Of a stretch of DNA of 64,000 nucleotides, positions 18,572-26,876 are shown one piece after another; position 1 is the first letter of the stretch, and every line of letters begins with the position of its first letter. Both the position numbers and the translations under genes were made by a program. Origin of the DNA: a virus (lineage: Duplodnaviria; Caudoviricetes); IMG/VR virus record IMGVR_UViG_3300020148_000032; one strand, 5' to 3'. The notes under the pieces were generated by a model that had not been told where the DNA came from, searched no databases, and saw only the letters and a program-made list of their open reading frames with translations.

Positions 18572-20041
18572 TCACTTTTTCTTAATAGATGCGGAAATAT
18601 CAATGACTGTTGCTAATTTTTTAACAGAATTAGGAATTGCATGAAAAGAATCCTCAGAAGTAATCAGGATAATGGACTTATAACTACCATGTGACTCGGA
18701 AAGTTCGCGCTCGACTCTACTCCAATCAGTAAAACCGTCAGTCGCGAGCACGAAAACATCGGGGCTCTTCCTCTTTGGTAAAGAATTAATGAACTTGAAA
18801 GCAACACTCATGTCAGTGCCGCCACCACCAGCGAGGTTTACCTGATCATAAGATCTAACAAGCTCAATCTTTTCAACCTGAGTAGTGACACAAAAAACTC
18901 CCACTCCATTCTTATTCTTCGAAAGAGTCTTAAGAATAGAATTAATTTCTGCAAAAGCATTTGCATAATCTTTAGAACTCATAGAGCCGCTAGTATCAAG
19001 ACCAATAATAGCGGTCGGCGTATACTGCACGACTCCAGGGAACACGTATTCACTATTAGCAAAACGGCGATTAGATCTCTTGTAAGAGTAATCAACACGA
19101 CCGCGCACAACATTCTCAAATGAACGAGAGAGAGCGCTTCGGAAAAGTGTTACCCATGAAACCTTAGGTGGTTCAAGTCGATCAAGAGCAACCTGTAAGA
19201 AATCATGCATGTAATCACTACCAAAATTCTTTGACTTCTTCAATTCCTCAACAATGCGTGCCCTTGCATTTTGCTTCATCACGGTTTGTTCAGCTTTAGA
19301 AGCCTGTTCAATACCTGCATTGTCAGCGGCTTCTGACCTCTGTGAAGTGGGGACAGCACATGTATAAGGAGTCTCACCATCTTTATTTCCATTGTTTTTA
19401 GAGTTTGAAGATGAGCCATTAGATTCAGATCCATCACCTTCAGATTCGCCTGAAGATGAACCTTCTCCATCCATTGGAATTCCGGCGCCTGATTGAGGTT
19501 CTCCAACTGAATCAGACATTTCGCCAAGAAGTTTCTCCAACTCAGCCTTCTTTTCCTCATCGTTCATATCTTCATTAAGAAGATAAATATACTGCTCCAT
19601 CGTAAGATCAAGAGGATAATTAAAAGGTTTCTTGTCAGGCATAATTGCAGAACCAAGGTCGATCTTTCGGACTCTAGAAAGCGAAGAGTTAATTTCGAAA
19701 TCTCCACCAATATTCATGAGTTCCATCTTGTACCCATTAGTACGAGCGCGAGCAAAATGATTATTAAGAACGTGCATCACTTCATGAAGAACAATAGCGC
19801 CACGCATTCTCACATTCTGCTCGAAAAACCAAGGCCCTAAACCGACTCGAGCGTGTTCGTCCGTATAAGCAGTAGAGCAACTCCCATCAAAGAACGGTCG
19901 CAAAAGTGCAACACCATCACGAAATGCTGGAACACAATCCAAAGCCATAGAAACAGACTGAGAGTAAAGTTCTGTTTCTCTTTCATTAAGCTTGCGAACA
20001 AGTGAATCTAGATTCACAAACATAGCTTTCGAAGAGTCCAT
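18572..20041 (-). CDS. DUF2201-type HExxH metallopeptidase-like + VWA protein (MoxR partner 1)
   Basis: VLHEVMHVL, DFEINS, Ser/Gly linker, MIDAS DTSGSM, GGGGTD, ATDG. Confidence 0.85.
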   Translation of the reverse strand: MDSSKAMFVNLDSLVRKLNERETELYSQSVSMALDCVPAFRDGVALLRPFFDGSCSTAYTDEHARVGLGPWFFEQNVRMRGAIVLHEVMHVLNNHFARARTNGYKMELMNIGGDFEINSSLSRVRKIDLGSAIMPDKKPFNYPLDLTMEQYIYLLNEDMNDEEKKAELEKLLGEMSDSVGEPQSGAGIPMDGEGSSSGESEGDGSESNGSSSNSKNNGNKDGETPYTCAVPTSQRSEAADNAGIEQASKAEQTVMKQNARARIVEELKKSKNFGSDYMHDFLQVALDRLEPPKVSWVTLFRSALSRSFENVVRGRVDYSYKRSNRRFANSEYVFPGVVQYTPTAIIGLDTSGSMSSKDYANAFAEINSILKTLSKNKNGVGVFCVTTQVEKIELVRSYDQVNLAGGGGTDMSVAFKFINSLPKRKSPDVFVLATDGFTDWSRVERELSESHGSYKSIILITSEDSFHAIPNSVKKLATVIDISASIKKK

Positions 20042-20073
20042 TGTTTACTCCTTTTAATAAGACCAATAAAACT

Positions 20074-20129
20074 ACTATATCATAATAGTCGCGGTTAAGC
20101 AATATTAAATAACTTAACCGCGACTATTA
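20074..20129 (-). promoter_or_regulatory. 17-bp inverted repeat overlapping a SigA-like promoter of VWA-1
   Basis: taatagtcgcggttaag (20083-20099) / cttaaccgcgactatta (20113-20129); minus strand TTGCTT-17-TATAGT (20102-20074) uses one arm as its spacer. Confidence 0.65.
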
Positions 20130-20131
20130 AT

Positions 20132-21160
20132 TTAGATACCGTGCTTTAGAAGGTATCCATTAGAGATGATCTTGAAATTAGCGTTCCGATCCATCCATTC
20201 TGGAGGGTTACCCACAATGTGGAAAACGATACCTTCATCTCGAACATCCTTAGTAACAGAACCCTTAAGTTCAGCCACCTTAGAAATCATTTCATCAAGA
20301 CTTCCATTAGGCTTCCACTCTTCATTGAGAAGAGGAGCTGACACTTCGAGAACCTCCTGTGGCCAATCAGTTCGATTAAGCTTCTGACCATTCATCCAAA
20401 TTGCAAAAACGAATGGACGTTGTTCATTAAGCTTAAGGCGATTCTTTTGAATCCCAGGACCAGCAAGTTCGAACTGAATAGACATTCCAAGGTTCTTCTC
20501 AAGAACATCAATAAGACCGAATCGTTCAGCAATCTTGAAACCAGCAGATTCGTTAGTTAACTCCCAATTACGAGAGAAAATACGCAGATTTCCATTATCA
20601 TTCACAAGAGTCTGACTAGTTCCATCGACCTTAACTGTTGCCTCCCAATCAAGATTTACAATTTCATTCCAATGGTCAGCAAGAGTCTGCACTCGAATAG
20701 CGTCAGACTTGGGCGCCCAACGAGTATCAAAAGGTCCAATAATTTCTCCAGAAACAGGAATTGGTTCTTCATACTTGAGAACATTCACCATTTCAGTGAT
20801 ATCAGTATCAACATCGTAGGTGTTTGGAATGCCTAGAGTATTGAGTCCCATAATAAGACCTTGAGAAACCACTCCTCGAAGCTTAATAGTCTTTACTACA
20901 TGACCCTTAACTTCCTGACCGTCACGATTGAGTTCCTTCTGGCCGCGCACTTGGAAATTTTCGTATGCGGGTACATCTTCAGGAAGGAAGGAGTCGACTT
21001 CAAAGTAAGCAATCTTTTCACCTACAGCGAACTCACCCTTCTGAACAACAATATTCCAACCCTTCACTCGAGCAGTCTCAATTCGATCTGCATCTGGAAT
21101 TGGAGTAATAGATTCAATCACTTGAATAGTAACAAGCTTTCGCATTTTAATACCTTTCAC
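20132..21160 (-). CDS. ATP-dependent RNA ligase, DRB0094-like (N-terminal OB domain + ligase)
   Basis: MRKLVTIQ...IPDADRIE...IKLRGVVSQGL N-domain; motif I KVDGTS, QFELAG, EGIVF, FKIIS. Confidence 0.9.
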   Translation of the reverse strand: MKGIKMRKLVTIQVIESITPIPDADRIETARVKGWNIVVQKGEFAVGEKIAYFEVDSFLPEDVPAYENFQVRGQKELNRDGQEVKGHVVKTIKLRGVVSQGLIMGLNTLGIPNTYDVDTDITEMVNVLKYEEPIPVSGEIIGPFDTRWAPKSDAIRVQTLADHWNEIVNLDWEATVKVDGTSQTLVNDNGNLRIFSRNWELTNESAGFKIAERFGLIDVLEKNLGMSIQFELAGPGIQKNRLKLNEQRPFVFAIWMNGQKLNRTDWPQEVLEVSAPLLNEEWKPNGSLDEMISKVAELKGSVTKDVRDEGIVFHIVGNPPEWMDRNANFKIISNGYLLKHGI

Positions 21161-21211
21161 TAGTTCTTTTTAGTTGGGGGAGCCAGTAAATAAATAAATA
21201 TTCACGTTTCT

Positions 21212-21239
21212 ATTATACTACTTTTTAAAAGAAAGTCAA
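21212..21239 (-). promoter_or_regulatory. SigA-like promoter for RNA ligase
   Basis: TTGACT-16 nt-TATAAT. Confidence 0.6.
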
Positions 21240-21252
21240 ACTTCTTCTCTTA

Positions 21253-21288
21253 CTCTTTAAGCGACCTCAAATGAGGCCGCTTAAAGAG
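21253..21288 (-). terminator. Hairpin terminator
   Basis: ctctttaagcgacctc-aaat-gaggccgcttaaagag. Confidence 0.65.
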
Positions 21289-21296
21289 CGTTTTAA

Positions 21297-21503
21297 TTAA
21301 AGCTTATTACCGCCACCGCGAATAATAAGAACGGCCGCTCGAATAGCATCATCTTCATGATTCTTGAAGTCGTCCTCAAGGTTCTTGAAAGCCTTCGGCT
21401 CGCTGTTCTTAAAAAGGATTACCTTGGCGCGCGGCTTGTCCCACATGAGCTCAACATTCGCCGGAACGTCAATAGGAAGAATACTCGTAATATTTTCCAT
21501 CAT
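21297..21503 (-). CDS. Small hypothetical protein
   Basis: 68-aa ORF with AAAGGA SD, followed by a terminator. Confidence 0.65.
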   Translation of the reverse strand: MMENITSILPIDVPANVELMWDKPRAKVILFKNSEPKAFKNLEDDFKNHEDDAIRAAVLIIRGGGNKL

Positions 21504-21568
21504 TAAATCCTTTCAATCACCATCATTATAGTTTTATTATACACATTCTTTATCAAAAGTAAAACTTA

Positions 21569-21883
21569 TTAAGAGTCAATATTAACAAGTACATAAGAGG
21601 CGCTAGTAGCAAAAGTATTTTCAATGATTCCATTTGCATAATCGAGTATGTCCGATTGGTCGTATTCCCCTAAAGTGCTAGGGTCCACATGAATAACAAG
21701 ACCATTATCACCAAGATTAGCGTATTCAGAATCATCTGTAGTTACTCTTACATCAACACCAGAAAACTTTGATTCTATAGAGGACTCAAGGAAAGAAGTT
21801 TCCTTTGATGTAAACCCACCATTAGAGCAAGCTGCTAAAAGGATAGCCCCTAATGCGATAGTGCTTAACATTTTGATTTTCAT
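21569..21883 (-). CDS. Small lipoprotein
   Basis: Signal peptide with lipobox LAAC. Confidence 0.75.
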   Translation of the reverse strand: MKIKMLSTIALGAILLAACSNGGFTSKETSFLESSIESKFSGVDVRVTTDDSEYANLGDNGLVIHVDPSTLGEYDQSDILDYANGIIENTFATSASYVLVNIDS

Positions 21884-21893
21884 TTATTTTCCT

Positions 21894-22577
21894 TTACATA
21901 GTAAAAAGATTAATAGGTTCGTCTATTTCTATTTTATCATCGTTCCAGCTAGGTGGAGCAAGAAAGCAAGAAATATTACTTTTTCGTGCGAGTTCTATAG
22001 TTTTAGACTTAAATTCTACAGCAATGAGAACTCCCTTGAAAGCTCTTTCTGGAAACCTTTCATTCAACGCCTCAAGATATCTCTTTACCTGACCAACACT
22101 GTTAAGAGACGCCCAACGTTTAACTTCTATTACTAATTCTTCATCAGAATCTTCAAGGTCGGCAATAATATCTACTGGGCCTGCTCCTGTTTCAAACTCT
22201 CTTGACCTAAAAACAGCACCGGGAATAATAGAGTCAAGATTTTCTGAAAGCCATAATTGTAATTGTGACTCAGTTTTATCACGGATAAGACCTGGATCAT
22301 CTGTACCTATATCGAAATTAGTGTCTTGATAAGTTTCATGGAGAGTCACTAATAGAGATTCATCCTTAGAGTAGAATTCAAGGAGTCTCTCTCCATTTAC
22401 ATCTTTTTCTTCGAAAGAGCGTGTCATCATCATGTAGTTAAGAGGTTTATATCCTTTTTCATTATGAACACTTACTGAACCGTCATTTTTAATAAGAAGC
22501 ATTCGTTTATAAGGAGGTAAATATGACTCTCCTCTTCCAGAATAAACAACTGAAAGCTCAGCAATAATAACTCTCAC
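21894..22577 (-). CDS. nucS: Mismatch-specific endonuclease NucS/EndoMS
   Basis: YSGRGES, LLIKNDGSVSVH, KPLNYM, ESQLQ, REFETGAGPVDII, VIEVKR, GQVKRY. Confidence 0.92.
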   Translation of the reverse strand: MRVIIAELSVVYSGRGESYLPPYKRMLLIKNDGSVSVHNEKGYKPLNYMMMTRSFEEKDVNGERLLEFYSKDESLLVTLHETYQDTNFDIGTDDPGLIRDKTESQLQLWLSENLDSIIPGAVFRSREFETGAGPVDIIADLEDSDEELVIEVKRWASLNSVGQVKRYLEALNERFPERAFKGVLIAVEFKSKTIELARKSNISCFLAPPSWNDDKIEIDEPINLFTM

Positions 22578-22641
22578 GAGAGTAACTCCTTAAATAACGA
22601 TGAGTTTATTTTATCGAAAATGTAAGAATAAACTTCTCTCA

Positions 22642-22677
22642 CTAGAAAAGGCACTCGATTAGGAATGCCTTTTCTAG
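22642..22677. terminator. Intergenic hairpin
   Basis: ctagaaaaggca...tgccttttctag. Confidence 0.55.
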
Positions 22678-22838
22678 ATTATAGAGACCTTATGATTCAG
22701 ATCCAATGTAGAATGGATTTTCGACATCCTACTATTGTTGAACCTTTATGAAAGCTCTTTTTCATTTAACTATTCCTAGTGAGTTATTTTTTACGTTCCT
22801 TAAAGGATATCAGGTTTTTGAATAAATTATACCAGATT

Positions 22839-25298
22839 CTACTCAAAATTTACTTGAACAGGCATACTAGAATTAGTCGTAGAATTATTACCGAGTTGAC
22901 CATTACCGTTAAGACCCCAAGTATATACTTTACCGTCGGAATCAAGGGCAAGGGAATGATGATTTCCCGCTGCTATTGTGGTTATTGTCTTGCCAGCGAG
23001 TACACCGCTAGTGTTAACTTGAACAGGTACGCTAGCACTAGTCGTAGAATTATTACCGAGTCGACCGGCACTGTTATTACCCCAAGCATAGACTTTACCT
23101 TCGGAATCAAGAGTGAGAGAATGATAACCGCCAGCTGCTATTGTGGTTATTGTTTTGCCAGCGAGTACACCGCTAGCGTTAACTTGAACAGGTACGCTAG
23201 AATTAGTCGTAGAATTATTACCGAGTTGACCGGAATCGTTACGACCCCAAGTATATACTTTACCGGCAGAATCAAGAGCCATAGAGTAATAGTCCCCCAC
23301 TGAGATTGCTGTTATTGTTTTGCCAGCGAGTACTCCGCTAGTGTTGACTTGAACAGGTATGTTAGAATTAGTAGTAGAATTATTACCGAGTTGACCGGAA
23401 TTGTTATAACCCCAAGCATAGACTTTACCTTCGGAATCAATCGCAAGAGAATAAGTACTGCCCGCTGCTATTGCGGTTATTGTTTTACCAGCGAGTACCC
23501 CGCTAGTGTAAACTTGAACAGGTACGCTAGAATTAGTCGGAGAATTATTACCGAGTTGACCATAACTGTTAAGACCCCAAGCGTAGACTTTACCGTCAGA
23601 ATCAATGGCAAGAGAATGAGCACCGCCACCGGAGATTGCGGTTATTGTCTTGCCAGCGAGTACACCGCTAGTGTCAACTTGAACAGGTACGCTAGAATTA
23701 CTCGTAGAATTATTACCGAGTCGACCAGAAGCGTTATTACCCCAAGCATAGACTTTACCTTCGGAATCAAGAGCCATAGAGTGATAGACTCCCGCTGCTA
23801 TTGCGGTTATTGTCTTGCCAGCGAGTACACCGCTAGTGTCAACTTGAACAGGTACACTAGAATCAGTCGTAGAATTATTACCGAGTTGACCATAACTGTT
23901 AAGACCCCAAGCATAAATTTTACCTTCGGAATCAAGAGCGAGGGAATGACTACCTCCTGCTGCTACCGAAACAATATTTGTAATATCTGGAAGATCATTC
24001 ACAGTCTTTTCAATTACTGGTGAGTAACCGGAAGAGTTATAGGCCGATACGCTTGCTTTAACTGTTGTTGCTGTTACTCCAGTCGGTCTGGAAATGTTCG
24101 TTGACGTTACTGATGAACTAACAGTGGTTTCTTCTGTAAAGACAATATTATTGCTAGAGTCGTATCCAGTGAGGGTTATTTTGTAGCCTTGGTGGTTAGA
24201 GTTGGTTGTGTCTGTCCATGTTATGTCGTAAGAGTGATTATTGTTAAGTACGTTTGGTGTTAGTTCTACATTGTCAACAGAATCAGGTGCGAGGATGATT
24301 TGTTCAATTTGACTAGTTTTTTTATCGCTACTTCCAAATCTATTAAGTGCTTCGACTCGAGCAATAGCGTATTTAACATCAGAACCATTAGTGCTAGTTA
24401 CAGTAGTTGAAAGGGTGTCGCCAACAGTTTTGCTAACAGAGCCAATATAATTTGGGTCAGTGTTATTCATCTGAATCACAATAGTTCCAAGGCTCGTACC
24501 TCCACTTGAAGGGTTGGCAGAGTACTCATCAACGGTTACTTGGTACCCAGTAATAGATGGGTCATTAGGGTCTTCCCATGTTACATCATAAACTAGGTTA
24601 GAGTCATTAAGTGAATATGAAAGATTCGCTTCAGGTGTTACTTGTGGGAGTAGAGCTCTTACTTGTGTGAGCGTGAAGTTTACACTGTTAAGGGGTATGT
24701 TTGTTTGCATGTTTTCGGTTGCAGTATCTTTGAACCATAATCGTAACTCAACAATTACATCAGTAATACTGCCGGGGGTAATCTCGAGATTTGATGCGAT
24801 GAGACTGTCTTGTATTGGAGCGTCAGCATAATTTGGACTTGAAAAAAGTATAGAGTAATTATCGTTAATGTTTATCCAAGAACCATTATTGATACGATAA
24901 TCAACTTCTATCTCGTTTGGAACAGTAGAATTTTGGAAATCAACAAGCAAATCGGCTAGAGCATGTTCTCCTTCGAGGGCTACTTGGACATCATATGTAC
25001 CGATAACAGTATCGCCCGGAACGATTCTGAAATCACTAATGTCTGTAATTGGCCCAGAAGCAGTCACTTTATCTAAGGACTCCTGAGAACCTTTACTTCC
25101 GTCTTTGAGAGATACGTCTTCCCAACTTGCATTAGTAACATTAAGATCAAGATTACCAGAATATATTTCTCCACCAGAAACTGTTGACTGGTCATTCCAA
25201 AGGGCGAATGTTCCACCGGCAGCAATTGCTGTAATAAGACCCAATCCTATTATTGTTGAGCCTTTAAGAATACTCTTATTCATAGAATGAAACTCCAA
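22839..25298 (-). CDS. Exported surface protein: SipW-type signal peptide/TasA-like N-domain, FN3-like domains, 7 RCC1/BLIP-II repeats
   Basis: AAGGTFALWND...IYSGNLDL alternate signal; YDVTW..YQVT and YDITW..YKIT FN3-like strands; seven 55-aa repeats. Confidence 0.85.
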   Translation of the reverse strand: MEFHSMNKSILKGSTIIGLGLITAIAAGGTFALWNDQSTVSGGEIYSGNLDLNVTNASWEDVSLKDGSKGSQESLDKVTASGPITDISDFRIVPGDTVIGTYDVQVALEGEHALADLLVDFQNSTVPNEIEVDYRINNGSWININDNYSILFSSPNYADAPIQDSLIASNLEITPGSITDVIVELRLWFKDTATENMQTNIPLNSVNFTLTQVRALLPQVTPEANLSYSLNDSNLVYDVTWEDPNDPSITGYQVTVDEYSANPSSGGTSLGTIVIQMNNTDPNYIGSVSKTVGDTLSTTVTSTNGSDVKYAIARVEALNRFGSSDKKTSQIEQIILAPDSVDNVELTPNVLNNNHSYDITWTDTTNSNHQGYKITLTGYDSSNNIVFTEETTVSSSVTSTNISRPTGVTATTVKASVSAYNSSGYSPVIEKTVNDLPDITNIVSVAAGGSHSLALDSEGKIYAWGLNSYGQLGNNSTTDSSVPVQVDTSGVLAGKTITAIAAGVYHSMALDSEGKVYAWGNNASGRLGNNSTSNSSVPVQVDTSGVLAGKTITAISGGGAHSLAIDSDGKVYAWGLNSYGQLGNNSPTNSSVPVQVYTSGVLAGKTITAIAAGSTYSLAIDSEGKVYAWGYNNSGQLGNNSTTNSNIPVQVNTSGVLAGKTITAISVGDYYSMALDSAGKVYTWGRNDSGQLGNNSTTNSSVPVQVNASGVLAGKTITTIAAGGYHSLTLDSEGKVYAWGNNSAGRLGNNSTTSASVPVQVNTSGVLAGKTITTIAAGNHHSLALDSDGKVYTWGLNGNGQLGNNSTTNSSMPVQVNFE
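22845..23975 (-). repeat. Seven coding tandem repeats, 165-bp unit (RCC1-like propeller blades)
   Basis: gccagcgagtacaccgctag recurs at 22992, 23157 etc.; the unit is 55 codons. Confidence 0.95.
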
Positions 25299-25463
25299 AT
25301 TTATATAGCGCGCTTATATGTTGTCAATATCAAAAAAAGATAAAACTCTTAAAAGTCCTTAGAAAAGGAATATTTTCCAAGTCAGTCAGTGTTTATCAAT
25401 AGTTTTTAACAAAACATCAACATTTTAACGAGAAAACGCAGCTAAAACAGATCTCTCGCAAAG

Positions 25464-25520
25464 AAAAACCGCCCTAATGTGACAAATTTAACTCAATCGT
25501 GTCACACTAAAGCGGTTTTT
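25464..25520 (-). terminator. Long-stem hairpin terminator
   Basis: Minus strand AAAAACCGCTTTAGTGTGACA...TGTCACATTAGGGCGGTTTTT; the mismatches are G.U pairs on this strand. Confidence 0.7.
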
Positions 25521-25532
25521 GAAAGAAAAATA

Positions 25533-25823
25533 TTAATCATTCATCTTTTTCACAAAACCAAGAGCAGAAAGGATAGTCTCATTATTATAAACAGAGTTAC
25601 CCTTCTCCTTCAACTCTTTCACACTGCCAAGTTTACCACCAAAGAAAAGATTACCAACACCATGACCAAAAGGCCCAGCAACCTTATAAGGGTTCAACGG
25701 GTTAAGGGCTCTCACGCGATCAAGGTCAGCCGTGCGCTCAACTCCATCCTTATCAACAACAGTTACAGGACGAGGCTCTCCATCAAGAACCCACATAAAA
25801 TCATAAGAAGTTGCCATTATCAC
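25533..25823 (-). CDS. Hypothetical protein
   Basis: 96-aa ORF with GGAG SD, TATAAT upstream and a terminator downstream. Confidence 0.65.
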   Translation of the reverse strand: MIMATSYDFMWVLDGEPRPVTVVDKDGVERTADLDRVRALNPLNPYKVAGPFGHGVGNLFFGGKLGSVKELKEKGNSVYNNETILSALGFVKKMND

Positions 25824-25964
25824 TCCAAAAATATTTTATACTCAATATATTATAACAAGAAGAAGAAATATCAAACAATCTCACGCAAAGAATACAAATC
25901 TTCATTCTTCTCAAAATCCCAAAATCTTTCCACAACATTTGAGTGAGTAGTTAAAAGGTTAGAT

Positions 25965-26876
25965 TCAGACATTATTTGCTACCTCTAATTCTTTATAAAA
26001 AGAATCAGCCGACTTCTTAGAAATCTTAAAATAATCAGCAATCTTACGCGCACTTAACTTATCAACATACGTAGAGAATACTCTTACCTCTTCCAAATCA
26101 AGCGGAATCACGTTAAAATCACGCACGCAAAAAATACATACTCTGCTATAACGATTCTCTCTATGAACCCGACAGTGAGCCGCCCATTCTTTCACATGAG
26201 AGTCATAAGTTTTAACTCCATTGACCTCTTGAACATGTTTTTGGCAAAACGAACGAGAATATTTCCTCTGAACCAGTTTAGAACAAAGAGGGTATTCACA
26301 CCGTTTATCGCTACTTATTACACCGTTTAATCGAGAATGACGCATACAATAACCATTACTTTTACTGCGCGATTGCTTACCGCATTCTTGATTCTTACAC
26401 AAAGCAGAACGCGAATCCTCATTCAACTCTTTAGCATGAACCTGGCAATATTGAAAATAATCTCCAGACCTTGCGACTCTCGCACATTCCTTCACAAGAC
26501 AAAGACCATCTTTAACTGTTAAGGAAAACCACGTTGATTCTAATGGATCCGAAAAGAATCTCTCTAAATAACGAATTGCTTTTGCTTGCTTTTCTGTAGT
26601 CCAAAGTTTATTATTTTTACTTTGATTGCAATAACGATGAGCATACTGAAGATTATCATTTGTATCTCCACCACCCAAAGACTTTGGAAGGATATGATCT
26701 ACAGTAAGGGATGCTGGATGAAACTTCTTGTTTATCTTTCCAGTATACACATTAGTAGGTATCGGTAAAAAACAAAGTCCACACAACAGACTAGAGTCTA
26801 AAACATATGAAGAGTCTATTTTATAAAGACTGTTAAAAGTCAGTATACTAGTCGTTACTTTCTTCAATTGGAGCAC
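25965..26876 (-). CDS. HNH endonuclease with C-terminal Cys/His-rich repeats
   Basis: CGLC...TVDHILPKSLGG...NLQYAHRYCNQSK; repeats CxxxxC...[FY]CxxH. Confidence 0.8.
   Translation of the reverse strand: MLQLKKVTTSILTFNSLYKIDSSYVLDSSLLCGLCFLPIPTNVYTGKINKKFHPASLTVDHILPKSLGGGDTNDNLQYAHRYCNQSKNNKLWTTEKQAKAIRYLERFFSDPLESTWFSLTVKDGLCLVKECARVARSGDYFQYCQVHAKELNEDSRSALCKNQECGKQSRSKSNGYCMRHSRLNGVISSDKRCEYPLCSKLVQRKYSRSFCQKHVQEVNGVKTYDSHVKEWAAHCRVHRENRYSRVCIFCVRDFNVIPLDLEEVRVFSTYVDKLSARKIADYFKISKKSADSFYKELEVANNV

Noticed and set aside
22845-23975. Possible CRISPR array
   Set aside because: The 165-bp units are in-frame coding repeats with no unique spacers, and no cas genes were seen
22779-24023. + strand ORFs 22779-23303 and 23349-24023 with repeated sequence
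   Set aside because: Antisense shadows of the RCC1 repeats
25479-25946. 155-aa + strand ORF
   Set aside because: Overlaps a terminator and the minus-strand ORF 25533-25823, which has better SD and promoter support
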